A stretch of 51,253 bases of DNA. Origin: Parcubacteria bacterium RAAC4_OD1_1. Its GTDB lineage: Bacteria > Patescibacteriota > Minisyncoccia > Phycocordibacterales > UBA9973. The translations under genes were made by a program, and so were the position numbers. Positions within the stretch are counted from its first letter, which is position 1, and the number at the start of each line of letters is the position of its first letter. Below the pieces are notes generated by a model, which had not been told where the DNA came from, searched no databases, and was given only the letters and a program-made list of their open reading frames with translations. Positions 1 to 9,779 of the stretch are shown one piece after another. The stretch spans positions 262,567 to 313,819 of the forward strand of contig AWSN01000001.1 in the NCBI GenBank assembly GCA_000505065.1. Reading direction: 5' to 3'.

Positions 1-782
1 TCTATTTTACCACCAAATTTATTTTGTATTTCTTTTAAATTATTTTCATAAACGATAGATGAATACCCTGCAGTGTATCCGTTTATAAGAACAAAAAGTG
101 GATCATCCACTAAAACATTAACACATAAATCCATTAACTCCAAAAAGTTTTCTTCTATCTTCCAAAGTTCATCTTTAGGTCCATGACCAAAAGATGGTGG
201 ATCCATTATTATACAATCATATTTATTCCCTCTTTTAATTTCTCTTTTAAGAAAAGTAACAACATCTTCTATAAGCCATCTAATAGGAGCGTCTTTAAGC
301 CCATTTTGTTCTGCGTTTTCACGAGCCCAAATGACTGCTTGTTTTGAAGAATCCACATGGCAAACTTCTGCTCCCGATGATGCACAAACGAGAGTTGCCC
401 CTCCTGTATAAGCAAAAAGATTTAAAACTTTTATTTTTCTATCTTGTTTTTTAATTATTTTTTTCATCCATTCCCAATTTAAAAGCTGTTCTGGAAAAAT
501 TCCAATATGTTTAAAAGAAGTTGGTTTAAGTATAAAATTAAAATCTCCAAAATTTATCTGCCAATTTTTTGGTATATTATTTTTTATTATCCATTTTGAA
601 GTATTACCACTTCTTATAAATTTAAGATCAGCTTTTTCCCAATCTTTTATACTTAAATTCTTCTTCCATAAAGCCTCTGGATCTGGACGAAGCATAAGAA
701 AATCTCCATATCTTTCGAGTTTTTCTCCACTTCCCGAATCTATAAGTTCATAATTTTTTTGTTTTTCTAATGTTAAAATCAT
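1..782 (-). CDS. Class I SAM-dependent methyltransferase, RlmI/RlmK(YwbD)-like; C-terminus cut by window edge
   Basis: Absent from the ORF track because it runs off the window. Minus-strand ATG at 782-780. My translation MILTLEKQKNYELIDSGSGEKLERYGD...KVLNLFAYTGGATLVCASSGAEVCHVDSSK...YDCIIMDPPSFGHGPK shows SAM motif I and the DPPSF motif IV. Confidence 0.7.
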   Translation of the reverse strand, partial: MILTLEKQKNYELIDSGSGEKLERYGDFLMLRPDPEALWKKNLSIKDWEKADLKFIRSGNTSKWIIKNNIPKNWQINFGDFNFILKPTSFKHIGIFPEQLLNWEWMKKIIKKQDRKIKVLNLFAYTGGATLVCASSGAEVCHVDSSKQAVIWARENAEQNGLKDAPIRWLIEDVVTFLKREIKRGNKYDCIIMDPPSFGHGPKDELWKIEENFLELMDLCVNVLVDDPLFVLINGYTAGYSSIVYENNLKEIQNKFGGKI

Positions 783-815
783 ACTTGTATCGCCATAGTT
801 TTATACGAAGGCGTA

Positions 816-1727
816 TTATTTTAAATATTTACTAATGTTTATTTTATGCTCATCATAACTTTTCGCATAATGTACTTCTCCATCCTTATCGTGTAAATAA
901 TAAATATAAGAAGAATATTTTGGATTTAATGATGCTTTTATAGAAGAAAGTCCTGGATTACAAAGTGGCTTATCTGGCAATCCTTTTTCTTTATAAGTAT
1001 TCTTATCCACATCAACCTGAAGTGGCATACCTATGTCAAATCTTTTCCAAAGTATCCCAGAAATCATCTCTCTATCATTTCTTCCATTTGATTCTAGTTC
1101 AATAATAGAAGCCATAATTATTATATCATTAAAATTTCTTTTATTATTTTCTATATCTTCTTTAATTTCTTTAATTCTATTTTTAAAATTATCATTCATC
1201 TCTTTTATTATTTCAGAAGATGTAGCAAGAGGAAAAATAAGATATGTATCTGGAAAAAGATATCCTTCTTTAGATAAAGCCTCTTGGATAAATAAATCTC
1301 TTCTAAAACCAGATAATTTCTGTGCCAAGATATTTGCTATTTCTTCATTTGTAAGACCTTCTCTAAATGTTATTTTAATAGATTCTGTGTTGTAATCTCC
1401 TTGTGCTAACTGTAAAGCAACCCTAAAAACAGATGAACCTTTTTCAAATTTATAATCTCCTTTTTGAAGAGGAGAATTTAATGAAAAAATTCTAGAAATA
1501 AAATATAAGGTAAAATCATCTCTTACTATATTTTTTACTTCCAATTCTTTAGATATACTTTTTAAAGTATCTAAACTTGTAATATGAATAGTTACATCTT
1601 TATTATTAAGGGGGGCAGAAAAAACATAATATCCTAAAATTAGAAATATACAAATTCCAAAAAAGATATAAATATAAATAAAGAACTTCCTTTTATTTGG
1701 ATTATTTATATAAATAGTTTCTTCCAT
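816..1727 (-). CDS. mltG: Endolytic murein transglycosylase MltG (YceG-like)
   Basis: N-terminal TM helix followed by a YceG domain. Catalytic-region motif MASIIELE and C-terminal GLPDKPLCNPG match MltG as I know it. Confidence 0.85.
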   Translation of the reverse strand: MEETIYINNPNKRKFFIYIYIFFGICIFLILGYYVFSAPLNNKDVTIHITSLDTLKSISKELEVKNIVRDDFTLYFISRIFSLNSPLQKGDYKFEKGSSVFRVALQLAQGDYNTESIKITFREGLTNEEIANILAQKLSGFRRDLFIQEALSKEGYLFPDTYLIFPLATSSEIIKEMNDNFKNRIKEIKEDIENNKRNFNDIIIMASIIELESNGRNDREMISGILWKRFDIGMPLQVDVDKNTYKEKGLPDKPLCNPGLSSIKASLNPKYSSYIYYLHDKDGEVHYAKSYDEHKINISKYLK

Positions 1728-1733
1728 ATATTA

Positions 1734-3035
1734 TTATACCGGCAAATTTGAAGGAGGCTTTGCAATTTTTGTATCGACTCTCTTGAAGCTTGGAGTTTCT
1801 GAAACCATACCAGGAAAATGAAATAGAGTAGCAAGCTCTTCTATCGATAAGACAAAAAGTTGTGGTTTTCCTGATGGAAAAAAGATAGATAAAAGTGGTG
1901 GATATTTCAAATTATACTGAAGAGGTGGATGAAAAAAGACTCTAAGTCTATAAAAATCAAGCATTCTTTTTTTAATTTTTGTAAGAGCAAGACCTGTTGG
2001 ATCTGACCATGGAGCATCAAACTGAGTAGAATTCACACGCCAAAGCTCATTAATTCCTGGCATTGAAAATTGCCTAAACATAAGTCTGGATGATCTTCTT
2101 AAATTATTAAAAGAATCATCGTTGTGTAATTTTTTATCTGCAAGAGTGATGAGTCTTATACCACAATCAAAATGAATTTGATTTTGAACATCTGTGATAG
2201 CTTTAATAACTGGTCTATATTGCTCTGGCACATTTATCTGTTTACCAAAAGTTCCAATAATATTATCATTTTTCTGAGTACGAGTATATGGGGCCAGCAT
2301 ATTTTCTATATATTCATTTGCAGCTTCAGCAAAAGTAATATGACCCCCAGTGTTATGACTATGATATTTGATAATATTTTGCCTAACGATAATTTGTATC
2401 CATACTTGTTGTCCCTTAGGAAGTGAACCTAAATATTCAATAATTGGAGTAATTGGATCAATTTTAAATTCTTCTTTAACTCCTGTTTTCAAATCATCTC
2501 CAAAATTTTTATAAGTTTTTATTGGTAAGAAATCTTCTTTTCTTTTAGCAAATTCACAACCCCACATATTCCAATCTCCATCTTTTTTATATTGAGGAAT
2601 ATCAAAAGCATAATCGTCTACTTCAACAACTTTTGCTTGAGGATACTGAGCATATATTTGAGTTTCTACAAGATCACGAATGCGAGTAGGGGTACGTATG
2701 TAAAAATGAACTCTCCCATCTATAGAAGCTATCTCGAGTGAAAACCACATCCACGGAGCTCCAATTATAAATTCTTCCCAAAATCCTTTAAAGCTTTGAT
2801 GATAAAGTGCATTTGAAAAAATAAGCTCCATAGCGGCTGGACTTTTTATGACTTCTCTGGGAACTTGAATTTCAAGTAAAACCCACTTGATACCCATAAT
2901 AAAACGATCTTGCCTATAATCATGCCAAAGATGAAAAGCCAAAAAAGCAAGAGGTATAGGCATAAGATATCCTATTGCAACTAAAAGAAACTGAATTAGA
3001 TTAAAACTATGAGTAGCAAAAAATTGTTCGATCAT
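1734..3035 (-). CDS. Conserved hypothetical membrane protein (433 aa)
   Basis: Long ORF with N-terminal hydrophobic helices (FNLIQFLLVAIGYLMPIPLAFLAFHLW). It ends 6 nt before mltG, so it is probably co-transcribed. No catalytic motif recognised. Confidence 0.75.
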   Translation of the reverse strand: MIEQFFATHSFNLIQFLLVAIGYLMPIPLAFLAFHLWHDYRQDRFIMGIKWVLLEIQVPREVIKSPAAMELIFSNALYHQSFKGFWEEFIIGAPWMWFSLEIASIDGRVHFYIRTPTRIRDLVETQIYAQYPQAKVVEVDDYAFDIPQYKKDGDWNMWGCEFAKRKEDFLPIKTYKNFGDDLKTGVKEEFKIDPITPIIEYLGSLPKGQQVWIQIIVRQNIIKYHSHNTGGHITFAEAANEYIENMLAPYTRTQKNDNIIGTFGKQINVPEQYRPVIKAITDVQNQIHFDCGIRLITLADKKLHNDDSFNNLRRSSRLMFRQFSMPGINELWRVNSTQFDAPWSDPTGLALTKIKKRMLDFYRLRVFFHPPLQYNLKYPPLLSIFFPSGKPQLFVLSIEELATLFHFPGMVSETPSFKRVDTKIAKPPSNLPV

Positions 3036-3149
3036 ATAAATTAAATTGAATTAAAATACCCAATAAGTATAGCAATAATTATTAATCCCAAAATTATATA
3101 AATGATATTTATAATCCCTCTCTGATACATAAAACTATTATAACATAAA

Positions 3150-3185
3150 TAAAAGAAAACCTCATCAATAAAATATTGATGAGGT
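3150..3185 (-). terminator. Rho-independent terminator after the HTH gene
   Basis: Minus strand reads ACCTCATCAATAttttATTGATGAGGT (12-bp stem, 3159-3185) followed by TTTTCTTTT. Confidence 0.7.
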
Positions 3186-3205
3186 GAATAGCGGTATTTT
3201 GTTAA

Positions 3206-4237
3206 TTACAAAGCTCCATATAATCCATTTTTATTTTTCTTAAAATATTTAGAGTTCTGAAGATTTACTAAAATTGTATTCTTTTTTAAATATCTTTCTT
3301 TCATAACCTGCTCCACAATATCCTCTTTAGACATTGGACCATTTTTCTTTAAAAGTTCCTTAATGACATCTTTGACGACTCCCTTTTTATACCCCCATTC
3401 AGACAAAGCATAAATACCTCTACCCACAAGAACAAATCTATTATCTTTTATAAGTTCATTGTGGCAAGTAGCAGTATGACATTTCTTTGTAAAAGTATCA
3501 GCAATTGCTTTAGCAACTTCTCTAAAGTGCATAGGGCTACCATGCTTACGCATCATAAGAAAAGCATAATCTTTTATCCCTCTTGTTTTAATAGAAGAAG
3601 AATTTGACTTACCCCATTCACCAAGCGGATTCTTGGAAAGAGTTTTCGACATACTAAGCCATCTTTTTGCAATTTCTTCATCTTTATATTCTTCTGCAAG
3701 ATCTTTTACTTCTTCTAAAAATCTAGTGATAAGTTCTCCTTCTGGGATAAGCTCATCATCTGAAAGATTTTCAAAAAGATTTTTGAGGGATTTATGAATC
3801 TTATCTGAGACTTCATTATCCACACTCCATCTTGATTTAAAATGATCGTCTTCTTTATGTTTTGTAAAATCATCACTTAGAGTAAGATAAAGATGTATGT
3901 GATTTTGAGTAAGTCTATCCTTAGAAAGATGTTCTAATAAATCTTTTTCTGAGACAAGAGCCCCTAAAGAATGGACAATTTTTTTAAGCTCTTCAAACAC
4001 TGCTTTTTCTGCTTTGTAAGCATCAGATTTTCTTATCATAGAAAGGGCAACATTCTCTATCTGACGAACTCTTTCACGAGTAATACCATACTTTTTACCA
4101 ATTGCTTCTAGTGTCTTTCTTTCATAATCATTACCAACTCCAAATCGATCAACAATAACTTCATGTGCTCTTTGGGGTAATTCAGAAAGTATGTGTTTCG
4201 TAATTTGTTTTGGTTTAAATGTAAGAATGTTAGCCAT
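3206..4237 (-). CDS. Sigma-70 region-4-type HTH protein with C-terminal HARE-HTH-like winged helix
   Basis: N-terminal KTLEAIGKKYGITRERVRQIENVAL resembles a sigma region 4.2 HTH. C-terminal SPMHFREVAKAIADTF...GRGIYAL looks like a winged helix. Confidence 0.7.
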   Translation of the reverse strand: MANILTFKPKQITKHILSELPQRAHEVIVDRFGVGNDYERKTLEAIGKKYGITRERVRQIENVALSMIRKSDAYKAEKAVFEELKKIVHSLGALVSEKDLLEHLSKDRLTQNHIHLYLTLSDDFTKHKEDDHFKSRWSVDNEVSDKIHKSLKNLFENLSDDELIPEGELITRFLEEVKDLAEEYKDEEIAKRWLSMSKTLSKNPLGEWGKSNSSSIKTRGIKDYAFLMMRKHGSPMHFREVAKAIADTFTKKCHTATCHNELIKDNRFVLVGRGIYALSEWGYKKGVVKDVIKELLKKNGPMSKEDIVEQVMKERYLKKNTILVNLQNSKYFKKNKNGLYGAL

Positions 4238-4351
4238 TTGTTTTAAAAATTTTAATAATAATTAATTTCTAGTTTTATCATAATATCATTAGTATCAAAC
4301 AAAGTCAAATGTTTATAGCCAATATTGTTTAATCGTTGTAAAATAAAGGTT

Positions 4352-6205
4352 TTAATCTTCTTGTTTTTTTGTTTTAGACTTACTTTTTGATCTATCACTC
4401 TCTGTTAATAGCTTTTTTCTAAGTCTTACATTTTTAGGGGTTATTTCTAAATACTCATCATCTGCCATAATTTCAAGCCCCCTTTCTATAGAAAGCTTAT
4501 ATGGTGGTTTTACATTTATAGCTTCATCAGATCCAGAAGCACGCATATTACTAAGTTGCTTACCTTTTGTTGGATTCACAGCCATTTCATCTCCCTTAGT
4601 GACATTACCCACTACCATCCCTTCATACAATTCATCACCATGTTCAATATAAAGTACCCCTCTTTCTTGAAGTGTCCAAAGAGAAAAAGCCGCTGCATAA
4701 CCATAAACCATAGAAGTCATAGAACCCACATCTCTTTTTTTTATCTCTCCTGCGTATATTTTAAAACCAATAAACCTAGAAGCAAGAATTCCTTCGCCTT
4801 TTGTATCAACAACAAATTGTCCTCTATAACCCAAAAGTCCACGAGTGGGTATTTCCATTAAAATTCTTGTAATACCTTCTTTTTCACTCATATGAGTAAT
4901 GAGACCTTTTCGAGAAGTTAACTTTTCTATCACAACACCAGAGGTTTCGCTTCTAACATCAATGGTCACTTCTTCATATGGTTCTAATTTTTCACCATTT
5001 TCTTCCTTAATTATAACGTGAGGTTGAGAAACTTGAATTTCATAACCTTCTCTTCGCATATTTTCAAGAAGAATCGCAATGTGTAATTCTCCTCTACCGT
5101 AAACTAAGTAACCCTCAACTTCTTCTTCTAAATCTGAATTATCAAAATTAATTCGAAGTCCAACATTTATCTCAAGTTCTTTTTCAAGTCTTTCTTTTAT
5201 TTGTCTACTTGTGACAAATTTACCTTCACGCCCAGCAAAAGGAGAATTATTCACTAAAAAATTCAAAGATATAGTTGGCTCATCTATTGCAATAGAAGGA
5301 AGAACCTCGGTATTTTCATCATCACAAATTGTTTCTCCTATATAAACATCTGGAATTCCAGCAATAATAGCAATATCTCCAGTTTTTAATTCTCCAACCT
5401 CCTTTCTATTTATACCCTCAAAAGTAAACATTTTAGTAATTTTTGCATTTCTTGGTTTTCCATCTTTATCCTTAACTATGATCTGAGATCCAGTTTTTAT
5501 AGAACCTCCATATACTCTTACTATAGCAAGTCTTCCTAAAAAATTATCATAACCTAAATTAAAAACTTGAGATAAAAAGGGAGCATTATTTTCCCCACCA
5601 GCTTCTTTGACTTCTTTTAAAATAAGATCAAGAAGTGGTGATAAATCATTTGATTTTTTATTATGAAAATCTTCTAAACTTACAAAAGCTTTTCCTTCTC
5701 TCCCTATTGCGTAAATTGTCTTAAAATCAATTTGTTCTTCTGTCGCACCGAGCTCTAAAAATAATTCTAAAACTTCTTCGTGAACTCTATCTGGATTTGC
5801 TGCAGGTTTATCTATTTTATTTATAACAACAATTGGTTTAAGCCCAAGCTCAAGAGACTTTTTAAGAACAAAACGAGTTTGTGGCATTGGCCCTTCTTGA
5901 GCATCAACTAAAAGAAGAACTGAGTCGATAGCACGGAGTACTCGCTCTACTTCTGAGCCAAAGTCTGCGTGGCCTGGAGTATCTACTATATTTATTTTAG
6001 TAATTTTACCTCGTCCGTCCGAAGGATTAGGATAATTAACAGAAGTATTTTTAGAATATATAGTAATACCACGCTCTTGTTCTAGAGCATTAGAATCCAT
6101 AGATACACCTTCTTCTACCATCTTGCATTGCTTCATAAGCTCATCAGTAAGAGTTGTTTTCCCATGGTCCACGTGTGCTATTATCGCTATATTTCTAATT
6201 TCCAT
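4352..6205 (-). CDS. typA: Translational GTPase TypA/BipA
   Basis: G motifs [17 protein letters not shown] and NKIDK, then EF-G-like domains. Start moved to ATG 6205 ([11 protein letters not shown]); the track ORF extends to 6235. Confidence 0.95.
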   Translation of the reverse strand: MEIRNIAIIAHVDHGKTTLTDELMKQCKMVEEGVSMDSNALEQERGITIYSKNTSVNYPNPSDGRGKITKINIVDTPGHADFGSEVERVLRAIDSVLLLVDAQEGPMPQTRFVLKKSLELGLKPIVVINKIDKPAANPDRVHEEVLELFLELGATEEQIDFKTIYAIGREGKAFVSLEDFHNKKSNDLSPLLDLILKEVKEAGGENNAPFLSQVFNLGYDNFLGRLAIVRVYGGSIKTGSQIIVKDKDGKPRNAKITKMFTFEGINRKEVGELKTGDIAIIAGIPDVYIGETICDDENTEVLPSIAIDEPTISLNFLVNNSPFAGREGKFVTSRQIKERLEKELEINVGLRINFDNSDLEEEVEGYLVYGRGELHIAILLENMRREGYEIQVSQPHVIIKEENGEKLEPYEEVTIDVRSETSGVVIEKLTSRKGLITHMSEKEGITRILMEIPTRGLLGYRGQFVVDTKGEGILASRFIGFKIYAGEIKKRDVGSMTSMVYGYAAAFSLWTLQERGVLYIEHGDELYEGMVVGNVTKGDEMAVNPTKGKQLSNMRASGSDEAINVKPPYKLSIERGLEIMADDEYLEITPKNVRLRKKLLTESDRSKSKSKTKKQED

Positions 6206-6303
6206 ATATATTATAATTTTTAATTTAATCTTCAATAAAAATATCCGCCGAAGCGAATACTTTTATAATAATATCATATATTTTACAAAATGTAAATAAA
6301 ATT

Positions 6304-7410
6304 TTAGAATAATTTCATAACATCATGAAAAGTAATTACTATCATAAGAAGCATAAGTAAACCAAAACCAATAGTATTTACCCAATTAGCTACTTCTGGT
6401 TTTATACGAGATCCTTTGATTTTTTCTATAAGTAAGAATAATAATCTCCCCCCATCTAATGCTGGAAATGGTATTAAGTTTATAACTGCTAAATTTATAG
6501 AAATAAGAGCAGTAAAAGAAAGTAGATAAATAAATCCAAATTCACGAGCGTCACCAACGACCCCCACAATACCAACAGGACCTGTAACAGAAGACATATC
6601 AGCTTGACCAAGCACTGCATCGTGAATCAAATTATAAAATCCTAATACTGTTGCCCAAGTGACACTCCCTGTAAGCTTAAGACCCTCCCAAAATGCCCTA
6701 TGTATTGGTAAACTTAATGTCCCTATCGTATCCATACTTATACCTATAATTTTATTCTCACCTCCTTCTATTTTTTCTGGTATCAAAGTGAATTCCATAT
6801 TTTCATCTGCTCTTTTTATAGATATACGAATCTCTTCATTATTATGTCTCTTTACAAAATCTTGAACATCTGTAGCTCCTAAATTTTCAGAAATTTCATT
6901 TATTAACTTTTCTCCACTTTGCATAGATAAAATTTTATCCCCCACCTCTATACCTATTTTTTCAGCGGGAGATTCTTTTACCACACTTGTGACAGTAAGT
7001 GATGTATTTTTAAGAATTGCTCCATTTGGTACTGCTCCAGATGAAGTAGGAAGACCAGACATAAGTCCAACAGATAAAAGAACCCAAGCTACGAGTAAAT
7101 TCATAAAAACACCAGCAAAAAGAACCATTGCTTGAATATATTTTGGTTTATTTACAAAACTTCTATTTTTATCAGGACCATTTATAGAATCTTCATCAGG
7201 ATTTTCTCCAAAAATTTTCACATAACCACCAAATGGGATAAGATTAAAATTATAAGATGTCTCCCCCACCTTACGCCCAAAAAGTTTTGGGGGGAAACCA
7301 AAAGAAAATTCATCAACTCTAATTCCTGACTTTTTTGCAACAATAAAATGCCCAAATTCATGAGACAAAACTAATACAAGTAAAATTACTAAAAAAATTA
7401 AAATATTCAT
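6304..7410 (-). CDS. rseP: RIP metalloprotease RseP (site-2 protease, M50, with PDZ domain)
   Basis: HEFGHF zinc motif at the N-terminus, central PDZ-like segment, and NLIPFPALDGG motif in the C-terminal TM region. Confidence 0.9.
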   Translation of the reverse strand: MNILIFLVILLVLVLSHEFGHFIVAKKSGIRVDEFSFGFPPKLFGRKVGETSYNFNLIPFGGYVKIFGENPDEDSINGPDKNRSFVNKPKYIQAMVLFAGVFMNLLVAWVLLSVGLMSGLPTSSGAVPNGAILKNTSLTVTSVVKESPAEKIGIEVGDKILSMQSGEKLINEISENLGATDVQDFVKRHNNEEIRISIKRADENMEFTLIPEKIEGGENKIIGISMDTIGTLSLPIHRAFWEGLKLTGSVTWATVLGFYNLIHDAVLGQADMSSVTGPVGIVGVVGDAREFGFIYLLSFTALISINLAVINLIPFPALDGGRLLFLLIEKIKGSRIKPEVANWVNTIGFGLLMLLMIVITFHDVMKLF

Positions 7411-7412
7411 AA

Positions 7413-7949
7413 TTAATTATTCATCAAATCTGTTTCCTTCTTTGTAAAAATTGCTTCTAGATTTTTATTGGTTTCATCGACACATTTTTGGATATCGTCT
7501 TTAGCTCTTTTAGCTTCATCTTCAGGAAGATCTTCTGTGGTATCTATCTCATTTTGTCTTTCTTTACGAACAGAAATCCTAGCATCTTCTAATTTCTCTT
7601 TTAAAATTTTTACAAGCTTTATTCTATTTTCTGTAGTAAGCATTGGGAAAATAACTCGGACTCCATCACTATCTGAAACAACAGAAAGTCCAAGATTTGA
7701 AGCAATAATTGAATTTTCGATAGATTTTATTTGTGTTTTATCCCAAGGTGCAACACGCAAAGTTTTAGAATCCTCTATACTCACACTTGCGATATTTTTA
7801 ACAGGCATCATTGATCCATAACTTTCTATATTTATAGAATCAAGGACCATAGGGGTTGCTCTACCTGTTTGTAATGAAGAATATTCTTTGGAAAGCCATT
7901 CTTCTATCTTTTTTAATTCACTTTTAAAATTTGTTGTATTGTATGACAT
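7413..7949 (-). CDS. frr: Ribosome recycling factor
   Basis: 178 aa. Typical RRF sequence (LQTGRATPMVLDSI...VRKERQ) and length. Confidence 0.93.
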   Translation of the reverse strand: MSYNTTNFKSELKKIEEWLSKEYSSLQTGRATPMVLDSINIESYGSMMPVKNIASVSIEDSKTLRVAPWDKTQIKSIENSIIASNLGLSVVSDSDGVRVIFPMLTTENRIKLVKILKEKLEDARISVRKERQNEIDTTEDLPEDEAKRAKDDIQKCVDETNKNLEAIFTKKETDLMNN

Positions 7950-7980
7950 ATTTTTTATTATAACATATTAAATTATTAAT

Positions 7981-8679
7981 TTAAATTATCATCATTAAAT
8001 GTTCAAGAATCATTTTCACAGAAGCTCCTGGAGTCGATAGATAAACCCTTCCTTTTTTAATTTCTTCTAAAATAAAAATCAAATCTTTATTATTTAAATC
8101 CTTTTTCCATTTTTCGTAAATAATTTTTTCTAAACTATTTAGAATTGAAATCGCTTGAAACCTTAATCCTCCACTACTTTCTTTATCTTTAAATCTTTTT
8201 ATTATTTCTATGATTTTATCAAGTCTATTCTTTAAAGAGGATTTTAAAAGTTCTTCTGCAATTTTATTAGAGTCAAGCTTTTCTTGATAAATATTTTTTA
8301 AAATATGAACACGAGAAAGTATCGTGCTTAAAAGTAAAGATGAGTCAGGAACTATAATAAAAAAATGGGTATTTTCATTTGGTTCTTCTATTATTTTTAA
8401 TAACGATTGTTCGGCTTCTCTGTTGATAAATTTTGTACTGATAATACAAATCTTTTTACCAAGACCAATAGATTTACTCTTATGCCATTCTTTTATTTTT
8501 AAACCATCTTCCATAGTCAAAGAATCACAGGTAAGAATAAAAACATCACCATTATTTCCATTTATGATTTTTCTTTCTTCTAAAATTTCTAAAAGATAAG
8601 ATGATACAATATCATTATTTGATTCAATAACATAACTATGATAAAGATTGTTGGGTAATAATTTAGATAATTTTTCCAT
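7981..8679 (-). CDS. DNA polymerase III delta'-like clamp-loader subunit
   Basis: 232 aa. AAA+-like but lacks an intact Walker A. The SRVH sensor-like motif (TILSRVHIL) is typical of HolB-like proteins. Sits in a housekeeping operon. Confidence 0.55.
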   Translation of the reverse strand: MEKLSKLLPNNLYHSYVIESNNDIVSSYLLEILEERKIINGNNGDVFILTCDSLTMEDGLKIKEWHKSKSIGLGKKICIISTKFINREAEQSLLKIIEEPNENTHFFIIVPDSSLLLSTILSRVHILKNIYQEKLDSNKIAEELLKSSLKNRLDKIIEIIKRFKDKESSGGLRFQAISILNSLEKIIYEKWKKDLNNKDLIFILEEIKKGRVYLSTPGASVKMILEHLMMII

Positions 8680-8680
8680 A

Positions 8681-9694
8681 TTATCTCTTACTAAAAATTG
8701 TTTTCTTATAAGTATCTAAATGATTAAGAGCTTCTCCTGTCCCTTTAGCAACACAAAGGAGTGATTCGTCCGCAACACGAGCTTTCACCCCAGTCCGACG
8801 ATATACCAAATCTGCAAGATTTCTTAATTGCGCAGTACCACCAGTCATTATAATACCATCATCTATTATATCTGCAGCAAGTTCAGGTGGAGTTTCTGAT
8901 AAAACACTCTTGATAGCATTTATCATAATTTTTAATTCTTTATCTATTGCACGAACTATTTCATTAGTAGAAATTTGTGCAGTTCGAGGAAGTCCTTGAA
9001 TAAAATCACGCCCCTTGATGGTGATAGTCAATTCTTCTTCAACAGGAATAGCTGAACCTATTTTTATTTTAATCGCTTCAGCTGTTTTATCCCCAATAGC
9101 TAGATTAAAATTTTTCTTTATATAGTCAGCAATAGCTTGATCTATTTTATCTCCTGCACATTTTACTGAAGTCGAAGCAACAATACCTCCGAGAGCTATC
9201 ACAGCCACATCTGTAGTTCCTCCACCGATATCCATTATCATATATCCACGAGATTCATTTATAGGAATTCCAGCTCCTATAGCTGCAAGAATTGGCTCTT
9301 TCACAACATAAGCATTTTTGGCTCCGGCTCTTATTGCAGCCTCCACTACCGCGCGACGCTCTGTAGAAGTAATACCAGCTGGCACAGAAACCATTACATC
9401 TGGCTTCCATAAATTAAATCTGCCTAAGGTTTTACTTATAAAGTATCGTAACATTGCTTCTGTCACTCTATAATCAGCTATCACTCCATCTTTCATTGGT
9501 CTATAAACTATGATATTTTCAGGAGTTTTCCCTACCATTTCTTTTGCTTCAAGTCCTATAGCTAGAACAGTATTATCTTGTTCTGATACAGCGACAACAG
9601 AGGGTTCATTAAGTACAATCCCCTTGCCTGGTAAGTAAACAAGTGTATTTGCAGTCCCTAAATCTATTCCAAGTTTTTTTGAAAAAATTCCCAT
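8681..9694 (-). CDS. mreB: Rod-shape determining actin homolog MreB
   Basis: GIDLGTANT and DIGGGTTD phosphate motifs. Start moved to ATG 9694 (MGIFSKKLGIDLG); the track ORF extends to 9730. Confidence 0.95.
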   Translation of the reverse strand: MGIFSKKLGIDLGTANTLVYLPGKGIVLNEPSVVAVSEQDNTVLAIGLEAKEMVGKTPENIIVYRPMKDGVIADYRVTEAMLRYFISKTLGRFNLWKPDVMVSVPAGITSTERRAVVEAAIRAGAKNAYVVKEPILAAIGAGIPINESRGYMIMDIGGGTTDVAVIALGGIVASTSVKCAGDKIDQAIADYIKKNFNLAIGDKTAEAIKIKIGSAIPVEEELTITIKGRDFIQGLPRTAQISTNEIVRAIDKELKIMINAIKSVLSETPPELAADIIDDGIIMTGGTAQLRNLADLVYRRTGVKARVADESLLCVAKGTGEALNHLDTYKKTIFSKR

Positions 9695-9724
9695 ATATAT
9701 TATTTCTTTATAAAAAAGATTATA

Positions 9725-9762
9725 GCACAAAATAGCCAGTTTAAAAACCAGCTATTTTGTGC
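9725..9762 (-). terminator. Hairpin terminator after the giant surface-protein gene
   Basis: Perfect 12-bp stem: GCACAAAATAGC (9725-9736) pairs with GCTATTTTGTGC (9751-9762). It lies between the stop at 9780 and the mreB start. Confidence 0.6.
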
Positions 9763-9779
9763 ACTTTTCTTAAATTTTA

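Noticed and set aside
1033-1395. Antisense track ORFs inside well-supported genes. This applies here and, for example, at 2172-2426, 4556-4861, 7468-7821, 17597-18073, 19202-19606, 34348-35031, 41467-42000 and 45381-45899.
   Set aside because: They have Ser/Ile/Phe/Leu-rich low-complexity translations opposite genes with clear homology. This is typical of shadow ORFs in AT-rich DNA.
3041-3130. 29-aa hydrophobic mini-ORF (MYQRGIINIIYIILGLIIIAILIGYFNSI) just upstream of the 433-aa membrane-protein gene
   Set aside because: It is plausible as a small membrane peptide, but there is no Shine-Dalgarno sequence and it cannot be supported without conservation data.
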